Shown here in pieces: positions 1 through 11,381 of a stretch of DNA of 32,000 bases. The stretch's first letter is position 1. Every line of letters starts with the position of its first letter. The notes beneath the pieces are model-generated. The model saw only the letters and a program-made list of their open reading frames with translations. It was not told the DNA's origin and ran no database searches. Source of the stretch: Wolbachia endosymbiont of Cimex lectularius (GTDB lineage Bacteria > Pseudomonadota > Alphaproteobacteria > Rickettsiales > Anaplasmataceae); contig NZ_AP013028.1 in assembly GCF_000829315.1 (NCBI RefSeq), positions 600,001 through 632,000 of the forward strand, read 5' to 3'. The position numbers and the translations under genes are program-made.

Positions 1-742
<742 letters not shown>

Positions 743-1093
743 TATTTACTCGACTATATGCAGAATATGCAGAGTTAAATATTATTGGAATTGAATTGAG
801 ATTAAATTAATCTCTACCATAAAACTTGTCAAACATCTAAAAATCAAATTAACTTCTTACATGTTAGAAACTAATAAGCAATATGTCAATGCTTTTTTAC
901 ACAAAATATTTACTTACATTAGCAACAATAATAATATACTTGTAATCCTGAGTAGGTAAAATTTATAATTTAAGTGAGTGTTAAAGCAGAATTATATACA
1001 ATTAAAGATCAATAAAAAATATTCCATAATATAAAATGCTTTAAAAATCAGGTCTACTCAAAAATGATAGTAAGCACCAAGGGTATCTAAAAT

Positions 1094-2167
1094 ATGAAAG
1101 GCAATTTATCCTTTATAAGTGTTATTTTAAGTTTTATTCGCAAGTTAATCGGTATGTTTAATATTAAGAAGACCAAACAATTCGCTGTAAATCAATACAA
1201 TAATCTCTATAGAGAAGCAACAGCACTTTTCGAAAAGTCCAAAAACCTGTTAAACACCAACATTGAAATCGGTTTATATCACTTCTATAAGGGTCACATA
1301 CCAGATGCAAAACTAAGATTTTGGTTGATCAGCATATTCTACTCCAATTTACCCGTAATTTGGTACAACATTGGAAGGTGTCATTTTGCAATGGGAAATA
1401 TTAACAAAGCTCATACCTATTTAACAAAGACACTAAAACTAGACAGTAACTATGAAGAAGCTTCTTATTACATAAACAAAATGATAAATCCAGCATCGAT
1501 CACAAAATTGCCAAAAAATCTCATAAAACAGTATTTTGATTACACTGGCGAGTATTTTGTTGAGCATTGGTTAATCGCTAAACAATACAGAGGACATGAA
1601 CTTGCGCATATGGTAATTACAGAAATCTTTAATAACTCCACTTCTGCACTCAACATACTTGATCTTGGTTGTGGAACTGGAATATGTGGTCATTTCTTAA
1701 AAATACACAATACTGGAAATTGCATAATAGGAGTTGATATTTCAAACAGAATGCTAAACATTGCCAGAGGATGCTTTATAAAGGGTAAACCTGTTTATAA
1801 TGAATTAATACACATGGAAATGACAGATTTCCTTAAACAAGAAAGAAACTACTCGTATGATGTCATTATTTTTGCCGAAGTGTTACATTATCTACATGAC
1901 TTCCGAGCAGAATTGGAACTAGCAAAAAGATCTATGAGCAAAAAAGGAGCAATCATATGCTTAATAAGAAGAAAGGAAGGTGAAGGTATTGACTTTGTAA
2001 ATAAAGGAGATTATTTTTGCCACTCAGAAAGTTATGTCCAACGCGTTGCAAAAGAAATAAATATGCAAATAAGTTATATGAGTTACTGTAAAATATATGG
2101 AAGTCAGGTTAATGGTATCTTGTTTGCGCTACAGCATCCACAAAAAAAACCGAAGAGCCCAGCTTAA
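1094..2167 (+). CDS. TPR-containing class I SAM-dependent methyltransferase
   Basis: ORF of 357 aa. SAM-binding motif ILDLGCGTGICGHFL with downstream GVDIS and DVIIFAEVLHYL. The N-terminal half has a TPR-like segment (IWYNIGRCHFAMGNINKAHTYLTKTLKLDSNYEEA). Confidence 0.8.
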   Translation: MKGNLSFISVILSFIRKLIGMFNIKKTKQFAVNQYNNLYREATALFEKSKNLLNTNIEIGLYHFYKGHIPDAKLRFWLISIFYSNLPVIWYNIGRCHFAMGNINKAHTYLTKTLKLDSNYEEASYYINKMINPASITKLPKNLIKQYFDYTGEYFVEHWLIAKQYRGHELAHMVITEIFNNSTSALNILDLGCGTGICGHFLKIHNTGNCIIGVDISNRMLNIARGCFIKGKPVYNELIHMEMTDFLKQERNYSYDVIIFAEVLHYLHDFRAELELAKRSMSKKGAIICLIRRKEGEGIDFVNKGDYFCHSESYVQRVAKEINMQISYMSYCKIYGSQVNGILFALQHPQKKPKSPA

Positions 2168-2221
2168 AGATCACTATTGCTCAAAGCAGTATCTATATAC
2201 AATGAAATAAAAGAGGAATTT

Positions 2222-4006
2222 ATGAGTAGTATCACTATTAATCACGAAAAAAACGGTAAATTAACCAATTTTGGAAAAGCAGTTCTATCGGATAGGTATC
2301 TGATAGAAAATGAAAGTTATCAAGATCTTTTCATACGCATTGCCAGCTATTATTCTGACAATAAAGAGCATGCACAGCGTCTTTACGACTATATGAGCAA
2401 CTTGTGGTTCATGCCTTCGACACCAATACTTAGCAATGGTGGTACCAAAAGAGGGTTGCCTATCTCTTGTTTTCTCAACGAAACTGAAGACAGCTTGCAG
2501 GGAATAGTTGATTTATGGAACGAAAATGTTTGGCTTGCTGCACGTGGAGGAGGCATAGGTAGTTATTGGGGAAATCTACGTTCAATTGGCGAAAGTGTAA
2601 AGGGCAGCGGTAAAACATCTGGAATTGTGCCATTTATTGTGGTGCAAAATGCTCTAACGCTTGCAATCAGTCAAGGGTCTTTAAGAAGAGGAAGTTCATC
2701 AGTTTACCTTCCTGTATCCCATCCAGAGATAGAAGAGTTTCTCGATATACGCAAGCCAACAGGAGGTGATCCAAATCGTAAAGCATTAAATATACATCAT
2801 GCCGTGATAGTAAATGATAAATTCATGCAAGCTGTTGAGAATGATCGAGAATGGGATTTGATTAGTCCTCATAATAACAAAGTTATTTCAACCGTCAAAG
2901 CACGTGACATATGGATCAAAATATTAACAGCAAGAATTGAAACTGGAGAACCTTACATTATTTTTCTTGATGCAACGAATAATAATAAGCCAGAGTCTTA
3001 CAAAAAACTCAATCTAGACATCAAAATGTCAAATCTGTGCAGTGAAATCACTTTAACTACGGGTTACGATCATCTAAACAAATCGCGCACTGCTGTGTGT
3101 TGTCTATCATCAGTGAATCTTGAATACTACGAAGAATGGAAAGACAATGAACTCTTCATAGAAGATATAATGCGTTTTCTTGACAATGTATTAGAGGATT
3201 TCATAAATAAAGCACCAGATGAAATACAGCGAGCAAAATATTCTGCAACAAGAGAGCGTAGTATCGGTCTTGGTGTTATGGGCTTTCACTCATTTTTACA
3301 AAGTAAAATGGTTCCTTTTGAATCAGTAACAGCACAACAGTGGAATAAAAAAATATTTAAGTATTTACGTGAGCAGGCAGATATGGTTTCTAAAAAATTA
3401 GCAGAAGAAAAGGGAGCATGCCTTGACGCTAAAGAAATCAATCTAATGGAAAGATTTACATATAAGCTTGCTATTGCTCCAACTGCCTCAATTTCTATTA
3501 TTGCAGGCAATACTTCCCCTGGAATAGAACCATATGCAGCAAACGTATTCACACAAAAGACACTAACAGGTTCATTTGTAGTGCGAAACAAATTCTTACA
3601 AAAGCTATTGGCAGAAAAAAATCAAGACAATGATAAAATATGGTCCTCAATTTCAACAAATGAAGGTTCCGTGCAGCACTTAGATTTCCTTAGCAAACAT
3701 GAAAAATTGACATTCAAAACAGCGTATGAGCTTGATCAAAGATGGATTATAGAACATGCAAGCGATAGAACACCTTACATTTGCCAATCTCAATCAGTAA
3801 ACTTGTTTCTACCTGCTAACGTACATAAACGTCACTTGCACAAAATACACATGCTTGCTTGGAAAAAAGGTCTGAAAAGTTTATATTACTGTAGATCACA
3901 GTCAATGCAGAGGGCCGACAAAGTTTCGCACGACATATTTAAAAAAAGTGAAATATTGCAGCAAAAAACAGATATCGATTATGATGAGTGTTTGTCATGT
4001 CAGTAG
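2222..4006 (+). CDS. nrdA: Ribonucleoside-diphosphate reductase, alpha subunit
   Basis: The ORF opens at a TTG (2177), but ATG 2222 is preceded by AAGAGGAAT and is the more likely start. Motifs include FMPSTPILSNGG, AARGGGIGSYWG, NLCSEI, TAVCCLSSVNLE and a C-terminal CLSCQ redox tail. Confidence 0.93.
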   Translation: MSSITINHEKNGKLTNFGKAVLSDRYLIENESYQDLFIRIASYYSDNKEHAQRLYDYMSNLWFMPSTPILSNGGTKRGLPISCFLNETEDSLQGIVDLWNENVWLAARGGGIGSYWGNLRSIGESVKGSGKTSGIVPFIVVQNALTLAISQGSLRRGSSSVYLPVSHPEIEEFLDIRKPTGGDPNRKALNIHHAVIVNDKFMQAVENDREWDLISPHNNKVISTVKARDIWIKILTARIETGEPYIIFLDATNNNKPESYKKLNLDIKMSNLCSEITLTTGYDHLNKSRTAVCCLSSVNLEYYEEWKDNELFIEDIMRFLDNVLEDFINKAPDEIQRAKYSATRERSIGLGVMGFHSFLQSKMVPFESVTAQQWNKKIFKYLREQADMVSKKLAEEKGACLDAKEINLMERFTYKLAIAPTASISIIAGNTSPGIEPYAANVFTQKTLTGSFVVRNKFLQKLLAEKNQDNDKIWSSISTNEGSVQHLDFLSKHEKLTFKTAYELDQRWIIEHASDRTPYICQSQSVNLFLPANVHKRHLHKIHMLAWKKGLKSLYYCRSQSMQRADKVSHDIFKKSEILQQKTDIDYDECLSCQ

Positions 4007-4474
4007 ATGCTACATAGAGACCCTTATGAATTTCTAAAGTCTATTCCAAAAGACAAGTGCATAATGTGTCTTGACATGGGAGAAAAGCGAATAGGTATAG
4101 CATTCAGTGATAAAACGCAGCTCATAGCTACAGTTCACAGTGTGTACCACAGAAAAAACATAAGTAAAGATTTAGGTTATTTAAACAGGACGTTCAAAGA
4201 AAATGAAGCCGGGTCAATAGTAATAGGGCTACCACTGGAAATAGAGAAGCAAAAAAGTGAGTGGTGTGAGACCATAATCCAATTCGCAAACAAAATGATA
4301 AAAAAATACAAGGTAAGTATATATTTACAAGATGAAAGCTTGTCAACATCTATTGCGGCTCATACACTAAAGATTACCGGAGTATCAATCACAAAATCGA
4401 AAAAAATAGATGATAAAATTGCTGCATGTATTATCTTACAACGAACGTTAGACAAGATAAATACAATCAAATAG
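4007..4474 (+). CDS. ruvX: YqgF/RuvX-family Holliday junction resolvase-like protein
   Basis: LDMGEKRIGIAFSD, SIVIGLPLE, YLQDESLST and KKIDDKIAACIILQ match the RuvX/YqgF RNase H-like core. The ATG directly abuts the nrdA stop codon. Confidence 0.85.
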   Translation: MLHRDPYEFLKSIPKDKCIMCLDMGEKRIGIAFSDKTQLIATVHSVYHRKNISKDLGYLNRTFKENEAGSIVIGLPLEIEKQKSEWCETIIQFANKMIKKYKVSIYLQDESLSTSIAAHTLKITGVSITKSKKIDDKIAACIILQRTLDKINTIK

Positions 4475-4608
4475 TTTATTTTCAGCACGTAACTGTATGA
4501 ACTTATATCGCAAAGGTAAAGATACTAGGAACTTATTCAAAAACAAAACAATTTGCTTGATAAAATTGGTATTTAGTGTTATACTAGATTGGTTATGGTT
4601 TATAGTGA

Positions 4609-6210
4609 GTGATAAATATGACTCCTCAAGAACAAGTGTTACAATCTATTTTTCGTACAAAACCTGACGCTAGTGAAATTAAAGCAATTGGGGAGTGGTT
4701 CGCAGGAACAGCAAATCAAAAAGGTCACTACGACGGTACAGGGATACTCTCTTCGTTATTTGATTTATATTTACATAATGGTGGAAACAATGAAAATAAA
4801 CCTATAATTAAGATTCAAGGCATTAATCAAGGCATTAATCAAAACAAGAGAGATGTAATTTACATTAGAAGACGTCCTGCAGAATTAGGACAACGTGAAA
4901 ATCACTGGGTTGTTTTCTACTTCTTTGCAGATAAAAATGGAAAAAAGAACCTATTGTTCATAGACACTCAAAATACAAATATAGGTCAACAAAGCACATT
5001 TGGAAAAAATATCAAATCTTTCTTCGATCAACAAGATTGTAATCTGTATGTTTCAAATACTAAAGTTCAAAAAGATGACAATTCATGCGGTCTTATAGCA
5101 TCTGAAATAACAAGAATGCTGTATAATAATCATGAATCAGTAAAAGAAAATTTATCTAAGTGTCAAGTACAAGATAGAGAAAAAATTGAGCTTAGCAGTC
5201 TGCCACTAGGTAATGAATTCCAAAGACTGAAGAGTGCTTGTACAACAAAAGGCAATGTTAACTACGATGGGAAAGATGAAAAATTCCATGCCGCTGATAT
5301 TAGAGCAGTACACTTCGCAACGACACTAGCTATCGGCAAGAATAACGTAAATCGTAAGTTATCTAATCAACCTATCTCTCTAAACAACAAACGTGTAGAA
5401 AAATTAGTTAAAGACATTAGATCAGCTTTTATTGGCAATCCAAATAGTACCGAACTGTTTAAGAAAATGGTATTAAAAGATGAAACAACCTCAAAAGCTA
5501 ACTCTGATCTTGGGTATAGTAGTAACAGCGAGCCAAGTTCTCCGCAATTAGAACGAAATCACTTGTTAGAAACCCCTCAGACTCCTAGTGGTCAAAGTTC
5601 AGATTTCAGAAAGGAAATGGAAAAAAAGGATGAAGAGATCAAAGAATTAGAAAAAACTCTTAAGTCTCTTATTAATATTGCAAGCGAGAATGACGAGAAG
5701 CTTCAGAATAAAGCACAACAACTGAGTGAATCAGAGGGAAATGTTAAACAGCTTACACAAAATTTTGATGCCCTACAAAAAGAAATTAAAAATTATAAAC
5801 GAACTGTAAATAATCTTAACGCTCAACTCACAACGAAAGATCAAGAGCTAAATGATGCAAAACAGAAGCTGAGTGAAGTAACTCAACTTACTGAAGAAAA
5901 TGTCCGACTTCGAGCCCAAAACCAAGATTTGAATAACAAAAACAAAAAATTTTCAGAAGCAAGTGCTCAGGATAGAAAACAGAGTAACTATGCTTCTGTT
6001 GCTTTTATGGTAGCTGGAACATTTGCTGTTGTGGCAAGTCTAACAATGCCTTATTTGGCGGTATGCACTACACTTGCTATAGCTGCATCGATTTTTTTTG
6101 CAGTAGGATGTTACAGTTTATATAAAGCAAATACAACGCTTAGCAATGCTGAAGTCAATCGAATTAGTAGTGCTGATCTCACAGCTACTCAACAGTCTTC
6201 AGAGTTTTAG
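4609..6210 (+). CDS. Predicted clan-CE (Ulp1-like) cysteine protease effector with coiled coil and C-terminal hydrophobic hairpin
   Basis: ORF of 533 aa (GTG 4609; ATG 4618 also possible). NHWVVFYFF, LLFIDTQ and VQKDDNSCGLIASE give H/D/Q/C in Ulp1 order. A heptad-rich region (EMEKKDEEIKELEKTLKSL...NVRLRAQNQDLNNKNKK) is followed by ASVAFMVAGTFAVVASLTMPYLAVCTTLAIAASIFFAVGCYSLY. Confidence 0.72.
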   Translation: MINMTPQEQVLQSIFRTKPDASEIKAIGEWFAGTANQKGHYDGTGILSSLFDLYLHNGGNNENKPIIKIQGINQGINQNKRDVIYIRRRPAELGQRENHWVVFYFFADKNGKKNLLFIDTQNTNIGQQSTFGKNIKSFFDQQDCNLYVSNTKVQKDDNSCGLIASEITRMLYNNHESVKENLSKCQVQDREKIELSSLPLGNEFQRLKSACTTKGNVNYDGKDEKFHAADIRAVHFATTLAIGKNNVNRKLSNQPISLNNKRVEKLVKDIRSAFIGNPNSTELFKKMVLKDETTSKANSDLGYSSNSEPSSPQLERNHLLETPQTPSGQSSDFRKEMEKKDEEIKELEKTLKSLINIASENDEKLQNKAQQLSESEGNVKQLTQNFDALQKEIKNYKRTVNNLNAQLTTKDQELNDAKQKLSEVTQLTEENVRLRAQNQDLNNKNKKFSEASAQDRKQSNYASVAFMVAGTFAVVASLTMPYLAVCTTLAIAASIFFAVGCYSLYKANTTLSNAEVNRISSADLTATQQSSEF

Positions 6211-6648
6211 AGGTTATCTACAAACTTTAAAGAAAATTCCTCTTTATCATAACCCTAGTCACACAACTGTACGAACATTGTGATTTAAGCCTACCACTAG
6301 GGTGTCATGCCAGTGCTTGACACTGGCATCCAGGAATTTTACTAAGTTGGTGAGTATAAAAGTAGCTGTTTTATGTTAAAATACGACGTTTTTGATAATT
6401 ATGGAAAGGCTAGATCCCAGTGTCACGCACTGGGATGACACCGTCTGTTACGCAAATTACCTGCTAATTGCAATGCTCGTACAGCTGTGCCCTAATCATG
6501 GCCAGATATATGAAATTTTCAACAGATGTTGTAACACCAAATCCCAATGGTAAATTAAAAAGTTTCCCTACGATTAGAGATTTAGCGAATTTATTATGTA
6601 TCTTGTTCGACTCCCCGATAACAAAAGTTGGTATAACCTTTATGCTTA

Positions 6649-6960
6649 AGAAATTTACCAAATGGAGAAAAAAGCAAAAGAAGCCCCGGTCGGTGGCTAA
6701 TTATTTATATTAACTTTATAAATCGGCGTTTTTTTATTCTAAACGTCTAATCTAGCTGCTTTTAAACCGCAACTGATCTAAATTTAAACGTTAAGAAATT
6801 TACCAAACAGACAAAAGGCAAAAGAAACCCTGCTAGCTAGTTATTCACTATCTATCTTTTAAATTGGCGTTTTTTATTGTCTTAAACGCTTTAACAAGCG
6901 CGTTTTAGCTTATACTAGGTAAAAACCTTAAAAGTTTATAAAGACATGAGGTGCACATAG
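6649..6960 (+). repeat. Dispersed AT-rich repeat, two tandem related units
   Basis: CTTAAGAAATTTACCAAATGGAGAAAAAAGCAAAAGAAGCCCCGGTC... and GTTAAGAAATTTACCAAACAGACAAAAGGCAAAAGAAACCCTG... are each followed by (T)GGCGTTTTTTATT...AAACGC. Relatives occur near 13.8, 23.1, 23.65 and 30.4 kb. Confidence 0.75.
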
Positions 6961-7174
6961 TGCAAAAAATTAAACATGAGACGCCAAGTACATTGAGTTT
7001 TTTGTCGTTTAATCTGCACAGACTGAAGATAAATAATAGCTTCAGTCTCATTATAAGGGGGTTGAAGGAACTTGTCAAGTAGTTTGTTGTTTCTATTGGA
7101 TAACATGGATAAGCCTAAACGCCATCATGTCTTTAGGAGAGTTTACATGGAGGCTCTTAAGTTGACGACATTGG

Positions 7175-7759
7175 CTAAAACTGCTTATGAAATTTGCACT
7201 CTTTGCCTTGCAGAAGATTTGCAATATTTTTGTGGTGCTTAAAAAAAACTAACACTGCCGCAATCAATAGAGTAAAAAATAAGTCTTTTTGAAAAAAAAG
7301 AGATATCGCAACAGCTGCTGCAGTGGCTGCTAAGGAGGCAAGAGAGGAGTATCGAAAGATAGAAAATACTGCTAGCCAAACAAATATAAACACTAATGCC
7401 ATATGAATACTAAGTGCTATCAAAATCCCCAAAGTTGTTGCAACTCCTTTCCCTCCACTGAATTTTAACCATATAGGAAACATATGCCCTAGAACTGCTA
7501 ACATTGCGGATGCACATATGTAAAAACTACCACTACTAAAAAATTGCTGCGCTATATGAACCGCGATGAATCCCTTCAAGGAGTCCAGAAACAGCGCCAG
7601 AGCAGCAAGTCCTTTATTCCCTGTTCTTGCAACATTTGTAGCACCGATGTTTCCAGAACCTACTTTTCTTAAATTTATTCCTTTTATCCTTGTAATGATT
7701 AAGCTAAACGGTATTGAACCCAACACGTAGGATGATATAAGAACTATATACTTCTCCAT
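7175..7759 (-). CDS. plsY: Glycerol-3-phosphate acyltransferase PlsY
   Basis: LGSIPFSLIITRIKGINLRKVGSGNIGATNVART and GHMFPIWLKFSGGKGVATTLG are PlsY signature motifs. Confidence 0.93.
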   Translation of the reverse strand: MEKYIVLISSYVLGSIPFSLIITRIKGINLRKVGSGNIGATNVARTGNKGLAALALFLDSLKGFIAVHIAQQFFSSGSFYICASAMLAVLGHMFPIWLKFSGGKGVATTLGILIALSIHMALVFIFVWLAVFSIFRYSSLASLAATAAAVAISLFFQKDLFFTLLIAAVLVFFKHHKNIANLLQGKECKFHKQF

Positions 7760-7771
7760 CGTAACAAAAAT

Positions 7772-9238
7772 CTAGCTAATCTTGTTATTTCTCAGCCTTC
7801 TCAGGTAGCATTGAACTTCATCATTAATCTTACTACTAAACAGTATAAGTGCTGTCATGTTGATGAGAGCCAAACAGGAGAATAAAGTTCCACCGATATT
7901 GGCAATAGTCATTATATCCTTAGAAAGACCAGAGAAAAACGCCACAATTATTACCGCTATGCGATATATAACTATACTCTTTGCACCAAACAAATATAGC
8001 CATCCCATCTCACAGCAATACACAAACGAAATTACCGAAGAAAACGCAAACAAAGGTGCAGCTATTGTCAAAAGTATAGGAAACCAAGAAGAAACTGTTT
8101 CAAATGCCTTTTGAGTAATCAATATCCCTTCGCCAACACCAGTCTGATACGCACCTGTTATAACTATTGTTATCCCTGTCAAACAACAGATTAACATTGT
8201 ATCAAAGCATGGCTCTATCATTGCAACTAGTCCAGTTCTAACCGGCTCTTCATCTTTAGCTACTGCGTGTGTAATTGAAGCAGAACCAACACCCGCTTCG
8301 CTGGCAAAAATTGCTCTTTGAATCCCAGCAACAAATGCCCCAACTACTCCTCCACCAACGGCATTGAAATCTATCATATTGGAAAACAATATTTTAAATG
8401 CATTGCTAAAGTTGTGAATATTAAATGCGATTATAATGATACAACTAAAAATATATATGAGTGACATAATAGGCACCAGCGCGGAAGATACTCTGGCTAT
8501 TCTCTTAATTCCACCTATGATTACCAGAGCAAGTAATGCAGAAATTATAGAAGAAAGAAACCAAGGATGACTATCCACCCAATTTGAATAACCAGATAAT
8601 ATTGAAACCATTTGGTTAGTTTGAAACGCTACACTTCCACCAAGACCTGATAACACAAAAAACACTGCATATACCGCAGCCAACACAATACCAAGTTTCT
8701 CAAATCCAAATTCTTCCAGCCCATTTCTTATGTATCGAAAGGGACCACTAAATAATTGCTCCTGACCTTCTGTTCTGTGCCTAAATGCTAAAGTCACTTC
8801 AGCGAATTTTGCTGACATACCAAAAAAGCCTGTAATCATCATCCAAGGCACCGCTCCTGGTCCTCCTATTGAAACTGCAATTGCAACACCAGCAACAGTT
8901 CCAAGGCCGACTGTACTTGAAAGTGCTGTTACAAATGCCTGAAAATGCGTAATGTGGCCATCGTGATGATTTGTATCATATTTTCCACACAAAATAGCAA
9001 ACGCATGCTTAAACATCCTTATGTTGAGAAATTTAAAACGCAACGTCAGAAATACGTAACCAAACGCTAGCAAAAGAATTATAAATGGCACGTAGAAGAT
9101 CTTGAAAAACAACACTTCATTCATGAAATTGTTTATTCCACTTAACACAGCGCCATAGCTTTCGTAAAAACCCGAAGCAGCGTACGCATTACTAAACAAT
9201 AGGCAAAATAATACCGTACAAAGCAATCTATAAATCAT
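7772..9238 (-). CDS. Sodium:alanine/glycine symporter (AGCS) family protein, intact copy
   Basis: ORF of 488 aa. GTVAGVAIAVSIGGPGAVPWMMITGFFGMSAKFAEV and GIQRAIFASEAGVGSASITHA are AGCS motifs. Confidence 0.88.
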   Translation of the reverse strand: MIYRLLCTVLFCLLFSNAYAASGFYESYGAVLSGINNFMNEVLFFKIFYVPFIILLLAFGYVFLTLRFKFLNIRMFKHAFAILCGKYDTNHHDGHITHFQAFVTALSSTVGLGTVAGVAIAVSIGGPGAVPWMMITGFFGMSAKFAEVTLAFRHRTEGQEQLFSGPFRYIRNGLEEFGFEKLGIVLAAVYAVFFVLSGLGGSVAFQTNQMVSILSGYSNWVDSHPWFLSSIISALLALVIIGGIKRIARVSSALVPIMSLIYIFSCIIIIAFNIHNFSNAFKILFSNMIDFNAVGGGVVGAFVAGIQRAIFASEAGVGSASITHAVAKDEEPVRTGLVAMIEPCFDTMLICCLTGITIVITGAYQTGVGEGILITQKAFETVSSWFPILLTIAAPLFAFSSVISFVYCCEMGWLYLFGAKSIVIYRIAVIIVAFFSGLSKDIMTIANIGGTLFSCLALINMTALILFSSKINDEVQCYLRRLRNNKIS

Positions 9239-10588
9239 GTTTAATACCTTTAGAATTGTAATAATAATCTATTGTGTTCGAGACTTCCCTTCTCAGTAGA
9301 TATATTGCAACAGCATTTGGAATCATAAGACACATAAACAAACTGTCGCCTAAATAAGATATAAATTCTATATTTTTTGACATACAACTGATATACACCG
9401 AACCCACTATAAGAACTTGGAACAATATCAGTACTTTTTTGCTACCAAATAAGTACAGCAAAGCAACTTCACAGTAGTAACAATAAGCTATTATCGTGGA
9501 AAATGCAAAGGAAAACATTATCAGCGGGAGAGCTAACTTGCTAAATAAAGGCAAGGCTGTTGAAAATGCCGAGCTAACCAATGTAATATCACCCACGTTA
9601 TCAGTACTATGCATACCAGTGATAATTATTACAATGCCAGTCAAAAATGAGACTAATATTGTGTCTACAAATGGTGCAATCATTGCAACACTTCCAACCT
9701 TAATTGGGTCTTCCTCTTTCACATCTGAATGTGCTATGGCTGCTGTTCCGGTACCTGCTTCGTTAGCAAATACCGATCTTCTAACTCCGGCTATTAATCC
9801 ACTCAGCACCCACCTCCTATGGCTGATTTGTTAAAGATATCTTGAAATGTTATAGATAGAGCATTCAGCAGATTATTTCCGTTTACACAGACTGAATACA
9901 CACACATACCTATATACAACACTATCATAATTGGTGCTAAACCCGTTGAAACGAAAGCAATTCGTTTTATTCCTCCCAGTATTACAATCAAGACAAGCAG
10001 CGATATAATAATAGACGCGTTATATTCAAAGAGGTTGTTTGACAATGCTGCAATTTGATTTGCTTGAAATGGTATGCCACCCAAAATCATCGCAATAAGT
10101 AACATAATTGCATAAGTGAATGCAATAAACTTACCAGTCCTGACAAATCCAATCTTAGCAAGTCCGTACTTCATGTAACAAAAAGCCCCGCCAGTTGAGT
10201 TTTCAGAGCGATAATTGAATGCAAGCACCACTTCAGCAAATTTTATCGACATGCCAAGTATTCCAGTAATTATCATCCAAAAAATTGCACTTGGGCCCCC
10301 TATTGTGATAGCTATAGCAACTCCTGATATTGTCCCAAGACCAACTGTTCCTGAAATTACTGTTGCAAACGCTTGAATATGAGTGATTATACTGTCGTTA
10401 TGATTACATTTTAGGTTGAATAGCGTTTGTATTCCATGCTTGAATAACCTAAAGTTAGTAAATTTGAACTGAACCGTACAAAAAACTCCAGTTGCAATCA
10501 CCCAAATAATTATAAATGGAATGTTAAATATCTTTACGTACAGAAATGAATTTAATAGTTCACTTATTTTTATAACCGTGCTACTCAC
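9228..10588 (-). pseudogene. Second AGCS-family symporter, split by a frameshift
   Basis: The N-terminal ORF (9803-10588) ends ...DIFNKSAIGGGC*. The C-terminal ORF (9228-9809) starts MLSGLIAGVRRSVFANEAGTGTA. The joined sequence matches SAIGGGV-LSGLIAGVRRSVFANEAGTG in the adjacent intact paralog's layout. The break is at GGAGGTGGGTGCTGA. Confidence 0.8.
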
Positions 10589-10610
10589 TACTTTTCATTA
10601 CGATTTTTAG

Positions 10611-11381
10611 CTAACGAGCTTTATACGTGTAATATATATAGAGCCCGATGCTTACTGGAATAGTCAGCGTATATATTACACCTAGAATTGGCAGAGTAAT
10701 CCAAGGCTTACTGACAAAGAATACGATAAATACTCCAAAGAGTGACACAAATATATAAGATAGGCTACTGGAAATATAAATGTACTTTGCAGAGAAAGTT
10801 GGAATATGGCTGACCGAAAAAAATGAGATAGCTAAAAAGTAACAAGCTGTATTTCTTATGTTAAAAAATTGCTCCATAAAAAGTAAGTATTCACTTTCAT
10901 GAGATTGAAAGGTAATGATTATTGGCAATAAAGAAAGTAAAGCACATATCGGTGCTGGAACACCAGAAAAGAAGAATTTTTCCCAGTCAAGTTGTTCTGC
11001 ATTCAACGATACATTAAACCTTGCAAGCCTTATCGAAATGCAGATGACATATATCATTACTAATATCCACCCTATAACTTTGATTTCCTTTAACTTCCAA
11101 AAATATAAAAGAAACGCAGGTGCCGCACCAAAATTTAGAAAATCTGCAAAAGAATCAAGCTGCGCTCCAAAATCACTAGTTGATTTTAGAATTCTGGCTA
11201 TTCTGCCATCCATTCCATCTATAATTGCTGCAATGATAATAAAAATTACTGCAAACTCCCACTGTTCATTAAATGTAAATTTAAGCGAAGTAAGACCAGA
11301 GCATAAACCCAATAAAGTTATAAAATTTGGGAATAACTTGGCAACAGGTAAAGACCTACTGTTACTGCCATTACTGCTCAT
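10611..11381 (-). CDS. pssA: CDP-diacylglycerol--serine O-phosphatidyltransferase
   Basis: [18 protein letters not shown] and [39 protein letters not shown] match the CDP-alcohol phosphatidyltransferase motif DG..AR......G..LDS..D. Confidence 0.92.
   Translation of the reverse strand: MSSNGSNSRSLPVAKLFPNFITLLGLCSGLTSLKFTFNEQWEFAVIFIIIAAIIDGMDGRIARILKSTSDFGAQLDSFADFLNFGAAPAFLLYFWKLKEIKVIGWILVMIYVICISIRLARFNVSLNAEQLDWEKFFFSGVPAPICALLSLLPIIITFQSHESEYLLFMEQFFNIRNTACYFLAISFFSVSHIPTFSAKYIYISSSLSYIFVSLFGVFIVFFVSKPWITLPILGVIYTLTIPVSIGLYIYYTYKAR

Noticed and set aside
4609-6210. Interpretation as a CidA/CidB cytoplasmic incompatibility pair
   Set aside because: The protease core resembles the CidB clan, but there is no adjacent CidA-like gene and the architecture (N-terminal protease, C-terminal TM hairpin) differs. 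Only a clan-level relationship is claimed.
6468-6713. 81-aa ORF (and the opposite 65-aa ORF) as a possible real gene
   Set aside because: The C-terminus is repeat-derived and there is no recognisable domain. Kept only as an example of repeat capture.
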